Shown here: piece by piece, positions 50,273 through 62,927 of the stretch
Numbering within the stretch: the stretch's first letter is position 1
Layout: each line of letters begins with the position of its first letter
NCBI GenBank assembly: GCA_965112155.1
Contig: OZ218112.1
Length of the DNA: 64,000 nucleotides
Strand: one strand, 5' to 3'
Origin: Podarcis liolepis
Lineage: Eukaryota
The notes under the pieces: model-generated
The model's input: only the letters and a program-made list of their open reading frames with translations
Database searches by the model: none
What the model was told of the DNA's origin: nothing
Program-made: the position numbers and the translations under genes

Positions 50273-50576
50273 TATCCCTTTCCTGCTGCATCCCTGGGGG
50301 CTCCAAACTTTCAAAGTGTTATGGAAGTAAGTAGAGCTGTATAGTAGATTTGACAAGGGCCTGAATCCAGGGCCAGATAAGACCTTTTCAGAGGGATCTG
50401 GGCATTATTCGACTTGGGTTGAGAGAGCCCCAGATCACTATAGGTTGGGCTGAGCAACCCAGAGACATACAGGGCTGTCAGGGGAAGGGCATTAGGCAGG
50501 AAGGAGAGGTAGGCATGAGCAAGAAGAATGGGGAAGCTGTGAAAAGTTTCTGGGTGGCTGCATGTTTGTGGGAGAA

Positions 50577-51222
50577 GGTAAAGGTAAAGGTAAAGGTAAA
50601 GGGACCCTGACCATTAGGTCCAGTCGTGGCTGACTCTGGGGTTGCGGCGCTCATCTCGCTTTATTGGCCGAGGGAGCCGGCGTACAGCTTCCGGGTCATG
50701 TGGCCAGCAAGACAAAGCCACTTCTGGCGAACCAGAGCAGCACATGGAAACGCTGTTTACCTTCCCGCCGGAGCGGTACCTACAGTGGTGCCTCGCAAGA
50801 CGAAATTAATCCGTTCCGTGGGTCTCTTCGTCTTGCGGTTTTTTCGTCTTGCGAAGCACGGCTATTAGCGGCTTAGCGGCTATTAACGGCTTAGCGGCTT
50901 TAAGAAAAAGGAAACAAACTTGCAAGAACTCGCAAGACGTTTCATCTTGCGAAGCAAGCCCATAAGGAAATTCATCTTGCGGAACGACTCAAAAAACGGA
51001 AAACTCTTTCGTCTTGCGCGTTTTTCGACTTGCGAGGCATTCGTCTTGCGAGGTACCACTGTATTTATCTACTTGCACTTTGAGGTGCTTTCAAACTGCT
51101 AGGTTGGCAGGAGCTGGGACCAAGCAACGGGAGCTCACCCCGTCGCAGGGATTTGAACTGCTGACCTTCTGATCAGCAAGTCCTAGGCTCTGTGGTTTAA
51201 CCCACAGCGCCACCCACGTCCC
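50577..51222 (-). mobile_element. Sauria SINE interrupted by MITE family B
   Basis: TSD gtgggagaa; consensus ggtaccTAtttatct is split by the MITE. Confidence 0.93.
50783..51061. mobile_element. Tigger/pogo-like MITE family B, nested copy
   Basis: TA-[cagtggtgcctcgcaagacgaa ... ttcgtcttgcgaggtaccactg]-TA. Confidence 0.93.
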
Positions 51223-51590
51223 GTGGGAGAAAGTAGAGAGACACATTTCCTGTCCTCCTTCCCCAAAGCAGTGCTACATAGGATCAGAATCTCCAACATA
51301 ACAGCTGAAGGATCTGAATCTGTGCATGCAAGAGATTTCCCTTGCATGCAGGGGATCCACTCATGAAAGAGCAGCGCCATGCAAGTTTGGATCCTTCTAC
51401 TAAACAGCAGTTAAGCCAGAGGATCCAGTCTTGCACAGTGCCAGTTGCTGCTCCTTTGTAAGCGGCAATATGAAGGATCAGATTCTCTCATGGATACAAT
51501 CTTCAGTGGCTCCATACAGGATCAAATTCTCCCATATTTTTAAAGGCTATTTTTATGGTACTTTTTGTGAGTTGGGTGTGTGTGTGTGTG

Positions 51591-51870
51591 TGTTTAGGCT
51601 GCATGAGCCCCTTCTAACTCCTGGATCCAGCAAGGATTCAGTGGTTGGAATAGCCATGCCAGGTCCTTGGCAAGCTAATGGCCTTCTAAGTATGGGTTGT
51701 TAGGATAACAAAGGAAGTGGCTCTGTGCCAGGGGGAGCCCTGAGTTTTGTGTGTGAGCTAGAAGCAGGCAGCAGGCTGAAGCCTGTGAGTGGGAGACATG
51801 CCTGATTTCTGCTGGAATCCAAGGCTGTGGCTATGGGAGAAGCAAGACCTTTTGGGGTATAAACACAGTG
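51591..51870 (+). mobile_element. Partial LTR-like element (same family as 37767-38622)
   Basis: Collinear similarity with the other copy. Confidence 0.65.
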
Positions 51871-51925
51871 AGCCCCTTCACCCTTGTACCTCACCCCTGC
51901 TTTAAAACAATCTACTTTCCACACT

Positions 51926-52280
51926 GGGACGTGGGTGGCGCTGTGGGTTAAAGCACAGAGCCTAGGACTTGCCAATTATAAGGTCGGCAGTTCGAATCCC
52001 CACGATGGGGTGAGCTCCCGTTGCTCAGTCCCTGCTCCTGCCAACCTAGCAGTTCAAAAGCACATCAAAGTGCAAGTAGATAAATAGGTACCGCTCCGGC
52101 AGGAAGGTAAATGGCGTTTCCATGCGCTGCTCTGGTTCGCCAGAAGCAGCTTAGTCATGCTGGCCACATGACCCGGAAGCTGTACGCCGGCTCCCTTGGC
52201 CAATAAAGCAAGATGAGCACCGCAACCCCAGAGTCGGCCACGACTGGACCTGATGGTCAGGGGTCCCTTTACCTTTACCT
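51926..52280 (+). mobile_element. Sauria SINE, full length
   Basis: Consensus match; TSD tactttccaca. Confidence 0.93.
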
Positions 52281-53198
52281 TACTTTCCACATTCTTCTTA
52301 TGAATTTAGAATATTCTTCACCATGCCAGAGATCTAGGAAAAGGGCTCAGTTGACTTCACTGAGAAAACTAAACACAACATTCCTTACCACAACCACCTT
52401 TTCATTACTTACAGGATGTTAAAATATCTGAAGTAAACATGGGTGTTTGGTGATGATTATTTTATTTCAGGATTTACACAACATGATCTTTAATTTAGTT
52501 AAACTAACAGTAGACAGTCATAGTCTCATGCGGTAATAACTTTCGAAATTCAGTCCTGCTTGTTTGATCAAAATTTGGGAAATCCAACATGGAGAAGTTT
52601 GGTCTCTCTCCCCCCACCCCACCTTTTTTATTTGATCATTCTTCTTGAACCAATCAAATATTGCAGTACGTATTTAATGAGAGAGAAAAGTCTTGGGTGA
52701 AAAGCTTTTATATATGAATTCTGTCTCCTTTTATCATTTGATGTTGTTTTGGTTGTCTAGAATTCTAAAAGAAAAACATACACATTCCAGGGTGTCTGTC
52801 TGTCAATGTTGAGTTTAAATCATTTCTTTTAGTCAAAAGGCTGTTCTGTTCTAAGGAGTACATGAAAAATATTCACAGGTTGGGGTTTTTTTTTATAAAA
52901 AGATATAGAATATGCCATAAAAGCTGATTTCTAGTTATAAGTGAGAAATTGACTTATCTTCCCATTTGTATTAGGGGTGTACATTGGCCCCAAGATTGCT
53001 TTGTATTTGCATCTGTGCAATCTTTAAAATTTTGATGCTTCTTAGCCACCCTGTGCTCTTTCTCTACTTTGGTCCATAATTTGGTCTCCAATACATTCTG
53101 TGAAGCTCCAGGTTTCCCAGTAGCTATAATGGATAATCTAAACATGGCAATACTCCACTTCTGCTTTTGGTCAATGAAATTTACAGGCACAGAGTAAC

Positions 53199-53336
53199 AG
53201 ACCGTCCAAGTGTCTTTATTTTCCTGGGACAGTCCTGAATTTACAGAAGCTGCCCCAGTTTCTGATTTAATCCCAGAATGTTCCACTTTTCCTTAGGTCA
53301 TCCCTATTTTCATCAGAGAAATGTTGGAGGGTATGG
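53199..53336. mobile_element. Short hAT-like MITE
   Basis: cagaccgtccaa / ttggagggtatg imperfect TIRs; same family as 28950-29320. Confidence 0.65.
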
Positions 53337-53619
53337 AGGAAGCCTGCCAAATTGCAGACAAATCGGTCTTGTGGGGGAAGGACAAACAACTCAGTTTCCT
53401 TCATAATCTGCATTAGTTCAAAATAATTGAGGGGTGGGGTGGGGTGGGGTTGGTCTCTTGCTCTTTGTTACCTGAAAATAAGAGGTGGCTGAGTAGTGCG
53501 TATTCTTGCTTATACACTGACCGTTCTAGTGCTAGGCCTTCATACCTCTGATAGGTCTTGCAATGTCAGGTTGTCTAGAACACCATACTGCCCAACTTTT
53601 TGGGACATGAAAGCGGGAC

Positions 53620-53850
53620 ATCCATGCAGTCTTTCTGCCCCCACCCCCTCACAACGCATGCTCTTTATCCCATCCCCTGCCTGATCCGTGTGCTCTTTTT
53701 ACCACCACCCATCCTCCCAATCCATGCATTTTTTCTCTCACCCCACACCTGATCCCCACACTCTTTCCCCCACCTACCTGCCCAATCCACACACTCTTTT
53801 TATCACCACCTCTCCCCCAATCCACACACTCTTTCTCCCACCCACCCCCA
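53620..53850. repeat. Degenerate C-rich minisatellite, unit about 33 bp
   Basis: About 6-7 diverged units of atccacacactcttt(y)ccccacc...; probably internal to a hAT-like element starting near 53584. Confidence 0.65.
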
Positions 53851-53978
53851 AAATTGCTATCAACTCTGGGAGAAAGCTTAGGTGACAACACTTCTTCGGG
53901 CCATGCCAGTTTTCTATGCACAAGGCATTTATTTGGATGAAAGTGCATTCTGTCATGTAAGTGCATCTACTGCTTTAA

Positions 53979-54360
53979 GTGGTAGGTCAGTGGTGGAGAG
54001 CATATTCTGTATGCTGAACATCTCGAGTTCAGTCTTCGGTACCTCCAGGTAGCTCTGGGAAGGGCCCCCATCTGAAAACATTGAGAGTCACCGCTAGTCG
54101 TGTAGGCAACACTGAACTAGATGGAAGAACAATCTAACTCAGTATAAGGCAGCTTCATATGTCCACCCTACATCAGGGAAAGGACCACAGCTGAGTGACC
54201 GTTTGCAAGCAGAAGGTCTCAGGTTCAGTTCCTAGCATTGGCTCTAGATGAGGTAGGAAAAGGTTCATCTAAAACTCCAAAGAGCTGCTGCCAGACATGT
54301 AGATAATTCTGAGCTAGAAGGACCAATAGTCTGAACTGGTATAATAAAGTTCCTTATGTC
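53979..54360 (+). mobile_element. Two tandem tRNA-derived SINEs (Squam2-like)
   Basis: Two successive units, each with a tRNA-like head and tail ctgarctagawgga..aat..tctractsrgtataa...ttcatatgtc. Confidence 0.7.
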
Positions 54361-55595
54361 TCCTGAAATAGATTTACTACCTCTTCTTCCAACTAGACTT
54401 AAAAGAAAAATACAAATTTGGACGAGCTCAATTGTAGCTGTGCCTCAGCCTTTGTTGACCTCAGGAGCCTATTTGAACAATTCAAACCAAAACCAAATGC
54501 ATCAGAAATAGCCTGATTTTCTGCAGCAATTGTTCCAAAGCTGCTGCTATTGTTGGCTCATGCTATATTTTTAGTTATTTCTCTCTCTCTCTCTCTCTTT
54601 TGCTTTCTGTGCTGTATATTATTTTCCACTCAAATAGCATGATACAACATTTCTTTAACCAGAATGTTAAATGTCAAGGAAAAAGGCAATTAATCTACTA
54701 TATGCATATATTAGTATGGGGGGAAATCCTTGGATAACATGCAATTTTATTTGTTTAATATATAGGGTTTCTTTTTTTCTCTTTTCTTTTTTTGGCAGAA
54801 GGAATTCCTGCAGGGAAATGGTTAATCTATTTTTAACTAAAGCTTACTTTTGTAATCTATCCAGTGCTTAGAGTTCTGTCATTGATCTATGATTTATGTG
54901 TTTTAAACCACCTCTTGGCTGCAACATTGGTTTCTATCCAGGATGCTGAGCTGAATACTAATTGCGAGATCAAATTTATGCTGTTGGGCTAAGCAGCTGA
55001 CGGGAGTTCTCTTTGCAGGGCTCCCATAAAGCATGCCATGGCGCTGGAACCTCAGTGAAATACTTTTTGGGGAGGGGCAGAAATACAGCAAATGTTTTCT
55101 GGGGGGGGGGGGAGAGAAGGGAAGTGTGTCCTTTTCAAAGGGGTATTTTAAAACCCCCAGAAAAAAACAGGGCTTGCTGAGGATGTGCTGGATTTTGGCT
55201 CAATGCATTGCAGAGATGCACTGGCAAGAGAGTGCAACACATTGATATGAGCCAAAGATTCAATTGGTTGCTCTGAATCAATATGGGAAGGTCAGACCTT
55301 CTTACCTCTCTGCATCCCTTTGTGTGAACAGAAGAAGCCCCCACCTATCCCTTTAGAGTGCTCAGATTATTGGGGAGAGGAGGGGGCTTAATGATACACA
55401 TTGTGATGTGTATCATCACAATGTGGCTTAATGAAACCCCACCCTCTGACTACTCCAAATTGCAGCCAAATCATACCCCTAGTAGCCTTTTAAAACCGTA
55501 TCTAGGAGGGGAATCACCACAGAAAGTAAGAGGCCCCAGCTTCCCCTCTGCCCCCTATAATCTTTGAGCACGGAGTGTTGCCCAATACTCCTACC

Positions 55596-55867
55596 CAGGG
55601 CCAGCTCTACAATGAGGCAGAGTGAGGCAGCTGCCTCAGGTGGCAGATGGTGAGGTTCGGGGAAGGAACACAGTTCTGAGTGCCATGTACCGTGCGCTGT
55701 ACCCTATGCACTAGCCTGCTGCCCTCCAGTGCAGTGGAAGACACTGGCCTTTCACCAGTATTGGAGTAAGATTCCATTGCCAGTCCAATCAGCTTCTGTG
55801 TGTTCCTTGGGAAAGGGTGCTGTCTTATCCTTTGCCTCAGGCAGCAAAATGTTTTGAGCTGGCCCTG
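55596..55867. mobile_element. Non-autonomous hAT element
   Basis: TIRs cagggccagctc / gagctggccctg; 8-bp flanks ctcctacc/gccctacc; relatives at about 57143-57341 and 62410-62520. Confidence 0.8.
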
Positions 55868-56024
55868 GCCCTACCTCATGCTCATCCTTGCTTTTGATAC
55901 TGATTCACCTGCCCTTTACCAGCTGACAAGAAGTACCTTCCAAGTCTCTGTAGCACACAGCCTTCCACCCCTTGACTATACCCTATGGATTCCCCCTCCC
56001 CTTCCCATCTGCTTCCGATGTGTG

Positions 56025-56028
<4 letters not shown>

Positions 56029-56078
<50 letters not shown>
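56029..56078. repeat. (AAT)n microsatellite
   Basis: Directly visible. Confidence 0.95.
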
Positions 56079-56695
56079 TAATATAATATAATCTGTTGCT
56101 CTCCAGATATTGCTGGACTGCAACTCCCACCACCCCTGACTATTGGCCATGCTGTCTGGAAATGATGGGAACTGGAGTTCAGCAACATCTGCAGGATTGC
56201 AGATTCCACACCACTAATGAATATAAACAGGTATATTTAGCAACCAGGAATCTTTCTGGCTTGCAGTAATGATCAGACAAGTCATCTACCATAAGCCAAT
56301 GACACAAGTGAACAAATACACAGGACTGGGAATATTTTCTCCTGTTTTGTATTATGTGGCTTTATTTTGACACATGTCGAGCAGGCAATGTGATTTATGA
56401 AGACTTCATAGTATACTAGTGAACGCGCTGTAGTGTGTTTTATTAAGTGTAATAAAGTCTTAGTAACATGAACATCATCTGTACTCTGTCTCTCTTTGCT
56501 TTGTCTCTCTGCTCCCCCTCCCTGAACATCAAAGCAAGCAGGGATTACTGTTTCCCCCATCAGCAGTGTAATTCTTAACAGCTTTGCACAGATCCTCTGT
56601 GTGTGTGTGCGTGCTCGTGCATGTGTGTGTGTGTGCATGCATGCATGCATGCATTTAAAAGAGAGAGACAGCGCACAAGCAGAATAGTCCAAGTA

Positions 56696-56937
56696 CAGTG
56701 GTACCTCGGGTTACATACGCTTCAGGTTACATATGCTTCAGGTTACAGACTCTGCTACCCTAGAAATATTGCTTCAGGTTAAGAACTTTGCTTCAGGATG
56801 AGAACAGAAATTGTGCTCCGGCGGCGTGGCAGCAGCAGGAGGCCCCATTACCTAAAGTGGTGCTTCAGGTTAAGAACAGTTTCAGGTTAAGTACGGACCT
56901 CCAGAAGGAATTAAGTACTTAACCCGAGGTACCACTG
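56696..56937. mobile_element. Tigger-like MITE family C, second copy
   Basis: TA TSD, perfect TIRs cagtggtacctcgggtta. Confidence 0.92.
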
Positions 56938-57566
56938 TATAAATGGCAGCCTCCACTCCCAACCATAGCAAAAGTTCAGCACGTGTGAATGCTCCTTGTT
57001 GGCCATTCCCTCCTTTCTCTGGTTACATCCATATTGAAAAGCACAATGTAAAGCATATGACTCCCCTAAAGAATCCTGGGACATGTATTTAATTTAAGGG
57101 TGCTGGCAATTGTAGCTCTGTGAGGGGTAAGCTACAGTTCCCAGCTGTCCTGGCTCACCCATGAGGTGGAGTGAAGCAGCAGCAGGTGGTGGAAGCCCTC
57201 ATGCTGGTGTCCCCTTGGATGCACCTTGCTGTCTCCAGCAGTGGTGGCTGCAGGGTGAGCTGGGTGGTGTGGCACCAGCAGCAGGGTGGAGCAGCAATTC
57301 CCATTTCGCCTCAGGCGGCAAAATTTGATGCACTGGCCCTGGTTCCTAGAATTTGTTGGGAGCTGGAGGTAGAGCAAAGGTTGAAGGGCCATTCGCTGGG
57401 GATGCCGAAGCTGCCTTCTCCACTGCAAATCCTGCATTAAGCAGAGGGCTTGCACTATATGACCTACAAGGTCCCTTCAAGTTTTATGATTCTGTTCTTT
57501 CTTCTGTCTCTCCCGAACCCTCTTTCAGTTCTCTTTCCCGCTATCGAAATTTAGATTGTAAGCATA

Positions 57567-57917
57567 GGGACACAGGTGGCGCTGTGGGTTAAACCACAGA
57601 GCCTAGGACTTGCCGATCAGAAGGTTGGTGGTTCGAATCCCCGTGACAGGGTGAGCTCCCATTGCTCGGTCCCTGCTCCTGCCAACCCAGCAGTTCAAAA
57701 GCACGTCAAAGTGCAAGTAGATAAATAGATACCACTCCGGCGGGAAGGTAAACGGTGTTTCCGTGTGCTGCTTTGGTTCGCCAGAGGCGGCTTAGTCATG
57801 GTGGCCACATGACCCGGAAGCTGTACGCTGGCTCCCTCGGCCAATAAAGCGAGATGAGTGATGCAACCCCAGAGTCGGTCACGACTGGACCTAATGGTCA
57901 GGTGTCCCTTTACCTTT
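57567..57917 (+). mobile_element. Sauria SINE, full length
   Basis: Consensus match from head to tail. Confidence 0.92.
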
Positions 57918-58412
57918 TATGTAGCTGCATAGATATAGTTAGATATGGATTGTGCTAAATAGCCGACTCATGGTATCCATGGTAATGAAGCCACAATAAC
58001 TGAATCGAGCCTCCAGTTTCAGAGGCAGTAGGCCACTGGATAGTGGGCTACTGCCTTCATGTCCTGCTTGCAGGCTTCCCAGAGGCATCTGATTCGTTGC
58101 ATGGAGAAACAGGATGCTAGACTTGATAGAACTTTGGTCTGGGTGAAGAGGAAGGTTCTGATGTTCTAATTAAGGACAAAACTAGTTAATAGGTGACCAG
58201 TCTGCTGTCACCAATCTGCTTTTCTTCCCCGCACCCCCTGGTAACATCTTGTTGAAGCAGATGAGTGGTGTGATACCATCACGTTCAATGAACCCTTGCC
58301 ATGTAGTTGGCTGCTGCACATGGCAAAACCCTGACTGTTATAATGCCACAAGTGGGTCCTTCATGGGTCCTTGAAGCATGTGGAGTGCTCCCTCTTCAGC
58401 ACCTCAGTTACT

Positions 58413-58770
58413 TAGGGATGGGTAGACTTGTACATTTCTCTCAGTTTCTCATTTTCCCAGTCTTAAGTACAGCTCTTTCTTTTAAGCCTGTGAAAGTTCA
58501 TCAGTCTTTTACTGCAAATTTATCCTAATATACACACCTGTAAGCAATTTTGACTAATATATACATTTTTTTGCAGAGCAATGTTCCTTAATGGAATGCA
58601 TTCCTGTATGTCATTTTCACCAGCCCATGCATTTTTATGCACACTTAGCATGTGCCTTTTTGTACATACTACTTTGCTGAAAAGCTGCATTGCAAAATTT
58701 GGAGAAATGGGAATTTTACAGGATGTTTGTGTTTCATTCTTCATATTGTTTCAGAAAGTGAGGATTAGGC
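58413..58770. mobile_element. hAT-like TAGGGATG element, partial
   Basis: tagggatgggtaga... and homologous AT-rich body. Confidence 0.65.
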
Positions 58771-61700
58771 AGAGTCACCATTATATCCCATCCATAGTCA
58801 CTCCATTCCATTCAGTTTCCCACCATGCCCACTATCAGTCAGAATTCTGTTACTTGAGAGCAAACCTCAATCCCCCTCCTCCAACACTGCTGATATTTTG
58901 GCTCCATAAGCGACAGCACTCACATCCTGAACTTCAGAAATAAAGAGAATGATGTCCCAGCTCCAGCTTGGAGATACGGGTGCAGGTGGTGACAACTGGG
59001 TGTTGCAGGTGAGGCAAAAGATGAACTATCACTCTGTGATAACAAAGATGCATTGCATGTAGAAAATCCTAGATCCAGTTCTTGGTTTCTCTAACTTCAA
59101 AAAGCACCATGTAGTAGTTGCTTATGAAAGACTTCTGTCTATATTCCTGGAGACTTATTGTCCCCCAAATAGTCTGACCTGATATGAGGCAGCTCCTGCC
59201 ATTCCTGTGTCTTCTTCGCCTCTCACTAACCGATTCTGGGCTGAATCTTCCACACTGATCAGCCTGAGCTTCCCCAGGGATACAGCCACATGAAAGAAAC
59301 AAATTGGACCCAGGGCATCCTTGGTTACAGCTGCTGCTTCCCAGTAGCAATTTGGGGGACTGTTGTGGCTCGTTTTTCAGCTTGTTGCACTTGCACAAAG
59401 GATATTTGCATTTTCCTAGTCAGTCAGTCAGTCCATCCGTCTATCCGTCTGGCTGGCTGTTGCTGAGTAGAACAACATTATGACAATTGTAACAGCACAT
59501 TCTATGTGGACTACTTCTTCTCTACAATGGAGCAGCTAGTTTAGCAAATTTGGCATGCTGAAACGATATCCATATAAACAGTTGTGAAGGGTTCCCAACC
59601 CTCCTGCAAGATGTTCTCACCCCATCTGCCTTGCTCATAGGCTGGGTGGGTTCCAGGTGTGAGGGGACCCTAGGCAATGAGCCCTCTGGTGTATCTCCTC
59701 CTCCTCCACTGGTGAGTCCTGGTGATCAGTGTTCGAAAGAGCATTAAGCTTTGGGGTCTAGTTGCTATTACACAATGCCCCTGGATGCAGTACATTGTGG
59801 GAAATTAAAAAGGCAGCTACACTCAGGCACCTGTGTCTCTGATCAGTGCACCAGAAAAAAGTGCAATGGGGAACCCTAGGTAGATATTAATGGTGGGTCT
59901 TTCTGAGGAACTGCTCAAGGGCACCAGTCTCTAGTGCTGGCCATGTTTATAGGATTCACTGCCACTGAACTGGTGCAAGCTATTTTTTTGGTCATATTCT
60001 TATGTTTTGGGTAAAGGCTGCTGCTGTATGTTCAGAATACAGTTGAGTGCTGAATTGAGACTTGATCTGCTCTTGCACAATGCCAACTGTGAAGGGCTAG
60101 CATATTTCGTCTGAAGTCAGCAGGCTATCAAGTCTCGACTGCGGGAGGCTTTGCAGTGCAGAACTCACTTCCCTCTGTTGTAGGCCTTATTTAATCTATC
60201 CCCAGTGTATTCTTTGCTTTAAAAGGGGAAGTCTTCTGGTTTCATGCAAGGATCTTTTGCTTGTGTGTGTACATCCATGTGTGTGTGTGTATGTGTGTGT
60301 GCATGATTCTTACCCTATTCCCCAACCCCTCCACCAGTCAACTAGTGGGTGCATGTGGGTATGAGTATGTGGGTGAGGCAAAGGGACCCCATCCATCTAC
60401 TTCATCCATTTAATCACCTATGTGCTTTATTGCTTGCAATGCATACTATAGCTCAGATGATTGGGGGAATTAAACCCACAAGTGGGGAATTAAACCCACA
60501 AGGTGGACCCTCTGATTAACTCTCATTATAGTCACATTATAACCCCCAAGGATTCTAATACAATAGCTAAGGATTCAGAATCCCAAGTAAGGGAGTTGGG
60601 CCCCTGTAATTTGAACACTGGGTTCATTTATGTTCATGTATGTGATTGGTATGCATGTTACTCGTGTGAGCACACACACGGCACGGTTCTTTCCCTCAGA
60701 GAAGCCTCTTGCAAAGAAGCACCCTGCAGAATTGACCCGCCCCCTCCTCTAGGAAAGGAGACACACATGTTTAATTAGGATCCTCCCTAATTAAACATTA
60801 GCCCCACCCCAAATTAATTTGGGACTAGTTCTGAGGTATGGTGGGTGACCCCCCCTGGTTGGTGCAGGGTGGGTTGGTCTGATGGGGGGAACTCAGCTCA
60901 GAGCCATGGGGCAAATCTGGGGGGTTGTGCGCAGCCCTGCTGGAAGACAATCAAACTGGCCCAGAAAAAGTCGGCTATGTGCAGATGTCAGCACACAGTA
61001 TAACAGTTTGGTTGATGATTTCATGGAGTTCCCAGGTCACAGTCCAATTCATATTTACTATGCTACTGCAAAGTGGCTGAAAATGAGTTTGAGCAATAAG
61101 GTTTTAAATATTAACACAGAAGCCAACGCTCCATCAGGTCAGGCATTGTGCAGCAAAGTTCCATCAAGTCAGAGTTTGCTTTAAAGAGACATACGGTGTC
61201 CTTCTCGCCAAAGTAATGTGACATGGAGACCCTTATCCTAATGCTATTCCTCAGCTTCCAAGTAAGTAGGAAGTGGGAATTTTATAGAATGGCTGTGTTC
61301 CAGTTAGCATATAGTTTCAGAAATTGGTAGCTTTGCCTTTGAATGCAAACTGGATTTGAATTCTCTCCTGTCCTAGTTGTAGAGAAGCTACTCCAATTCC
61401 CTTATCATTTTGGTTGCCCTTAATTTGCACCCTATCCAATTCTACAGAGTTCTTTACTGCACCCTATCCTATACTTCACCATTCACCAGTGTATCTTATT
61501 TTCATATATGTTTTAAAATCAACAAAAACGGTTTGTTTTTTAAGCACAGTGTGGGGCTTGTATTCGAAGGGTGAAAGTGCTTGATTAGGATCAGGCCGTC
61601 TAAAGGGTCATGCAAAAAATGAAAAAAACAAAACAAAAAACAAAAACCCCACCAGTCATCTGACAAATGGATTACTGCTGTAACTGATATGGTATTTTGT

Positions 61701-62220
61701 CTAATCTTATATATCTGACATGAGTTTTCTTGCCTTAGCAAAGAAATAATTTGCTCTTTCAACAGTCCTGTTTATCATGAATTAAGAAAAGAAAGAGAGG
61801 GAAGGAAAGGAAACAAGAAAAAAAGATGAAATTTAATATTTATTGCTACACTTTGTTTCCCTTTGGGAAATTTCAGAGAAAATGATCTCCCCTTTATTTT
61901 TGTCTATTTACTGAAGGCTGCTACATATGGGACATCTTCCATACTATGAGAAAAAAATAGCTCATGTGATTCCATTATAAGATATGAACCATTTTATTTG
62001 GATAACTATTTCTATGGTAGTTGCTTCCTTTGGAGGATTTTGGTCAGCTTTTTATTTTATGACCCTGTTTTAATATAGCTTGCTTTTCTCTCCACGCTGC
62101 GTATGAGCATCTAAAACTTTACAGGGTTGCAGATCCAGACAAATGTAGTTCTACATTTGTTCGTATATTGGTAAAGGGGACTGGAGCACATAATTATATT
62201 GTTAAGAGCTGGAAGCATCG

Positions 62221-62352
62221 CATCATAGAACTGTAGAGTTTGAAGGGACCCCTAGGGTCATCCAGCCCAGCCTCCTGCAATGAGGGAATCTCAGCTAAAG
62301 CATCCATGATAGGTGTCCATCCAACCTCTGCTTAAAAATCCCCATTGAAGGA
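62221..62352 (-). mobile_element. CR1 3' end
   Basis: catagaactgtagagtttgaagggacc is the reverse complement of the CR1 stem-loop and ATTCTRTG-like tail. Confidence 0.75.
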
Positions 62353-62885
62353 GCAGTGAAGGAGGTCTTCTAACAACTCATAGCACTCTTAACAAATTAC
62401 AGTTCCCAGCCCATGAGGTAAGGTGAGGCAGCTGCCTTCGGCAGCAGAGACCCAAGAGGTGGCACCTCCAGCAACAATGACAGCGTCCAGCAACATCTTG
62501 CTGGATGTTGCTGCCACTTTGCTGGCTGCTTTTGATTCTCTATATACTTTGATAGAAGCTATGACTGTTGAAGCGGTATGATACTGTGTTAAATGTATAG
62601 CACAGATGGGGCCTGTGTTTGTATAGGATAGCAGACCTAACTGGATTAGCCAAAATGCTATGAAGGCTTTATGCTGCGCAACAGCTTTCAAAAATATGAA
62701 AACCAACAGCTCAAAATTGAGGAGCCAGTCATTGTGTGTTCCATCCTAAGTGAAACCTACAATTGAACCTAATATGGTTAAGTCTGGTTTCCTCCTACAC
62801 TCTATCTTAAGACTATGTCTTAAGACAATCTTTGAGGCTCAGCATCCAGCCAGTTTCCCCTTCTTCCCCTCCTGTTTCTTAATTT

Positions 62886-62927
62886 TGAGCCTGATGAAGA
62901 ATTCTGGGAAACTCAAAAACTTGCTCA
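62886..62927 (+). ncRNA. Decayed type-I hammerhead motif (second PLE family)
   Basis: UGAGC-CUGAUGA-A-GAAUUCUGGGAAACUC-aAAA-aC-UU-GCUCA: perfect 5-bp stem I and CUGAUGA core, but GAAA has become AAAA. Confidence 0.6.

Noticed and set aside
55193-55257. Hairpin tttggctca...tgagccaaa as a possible miRNA or snoRNA
   Set aside because: Only a 9-bp closing stem with a poorly paired interior; matches no miRNA I recognise.
60463-60502. 20-bp tandem duplication ggggaattaaacccacaag
   Set aside because: Ordinary slippage duplication with only two units.
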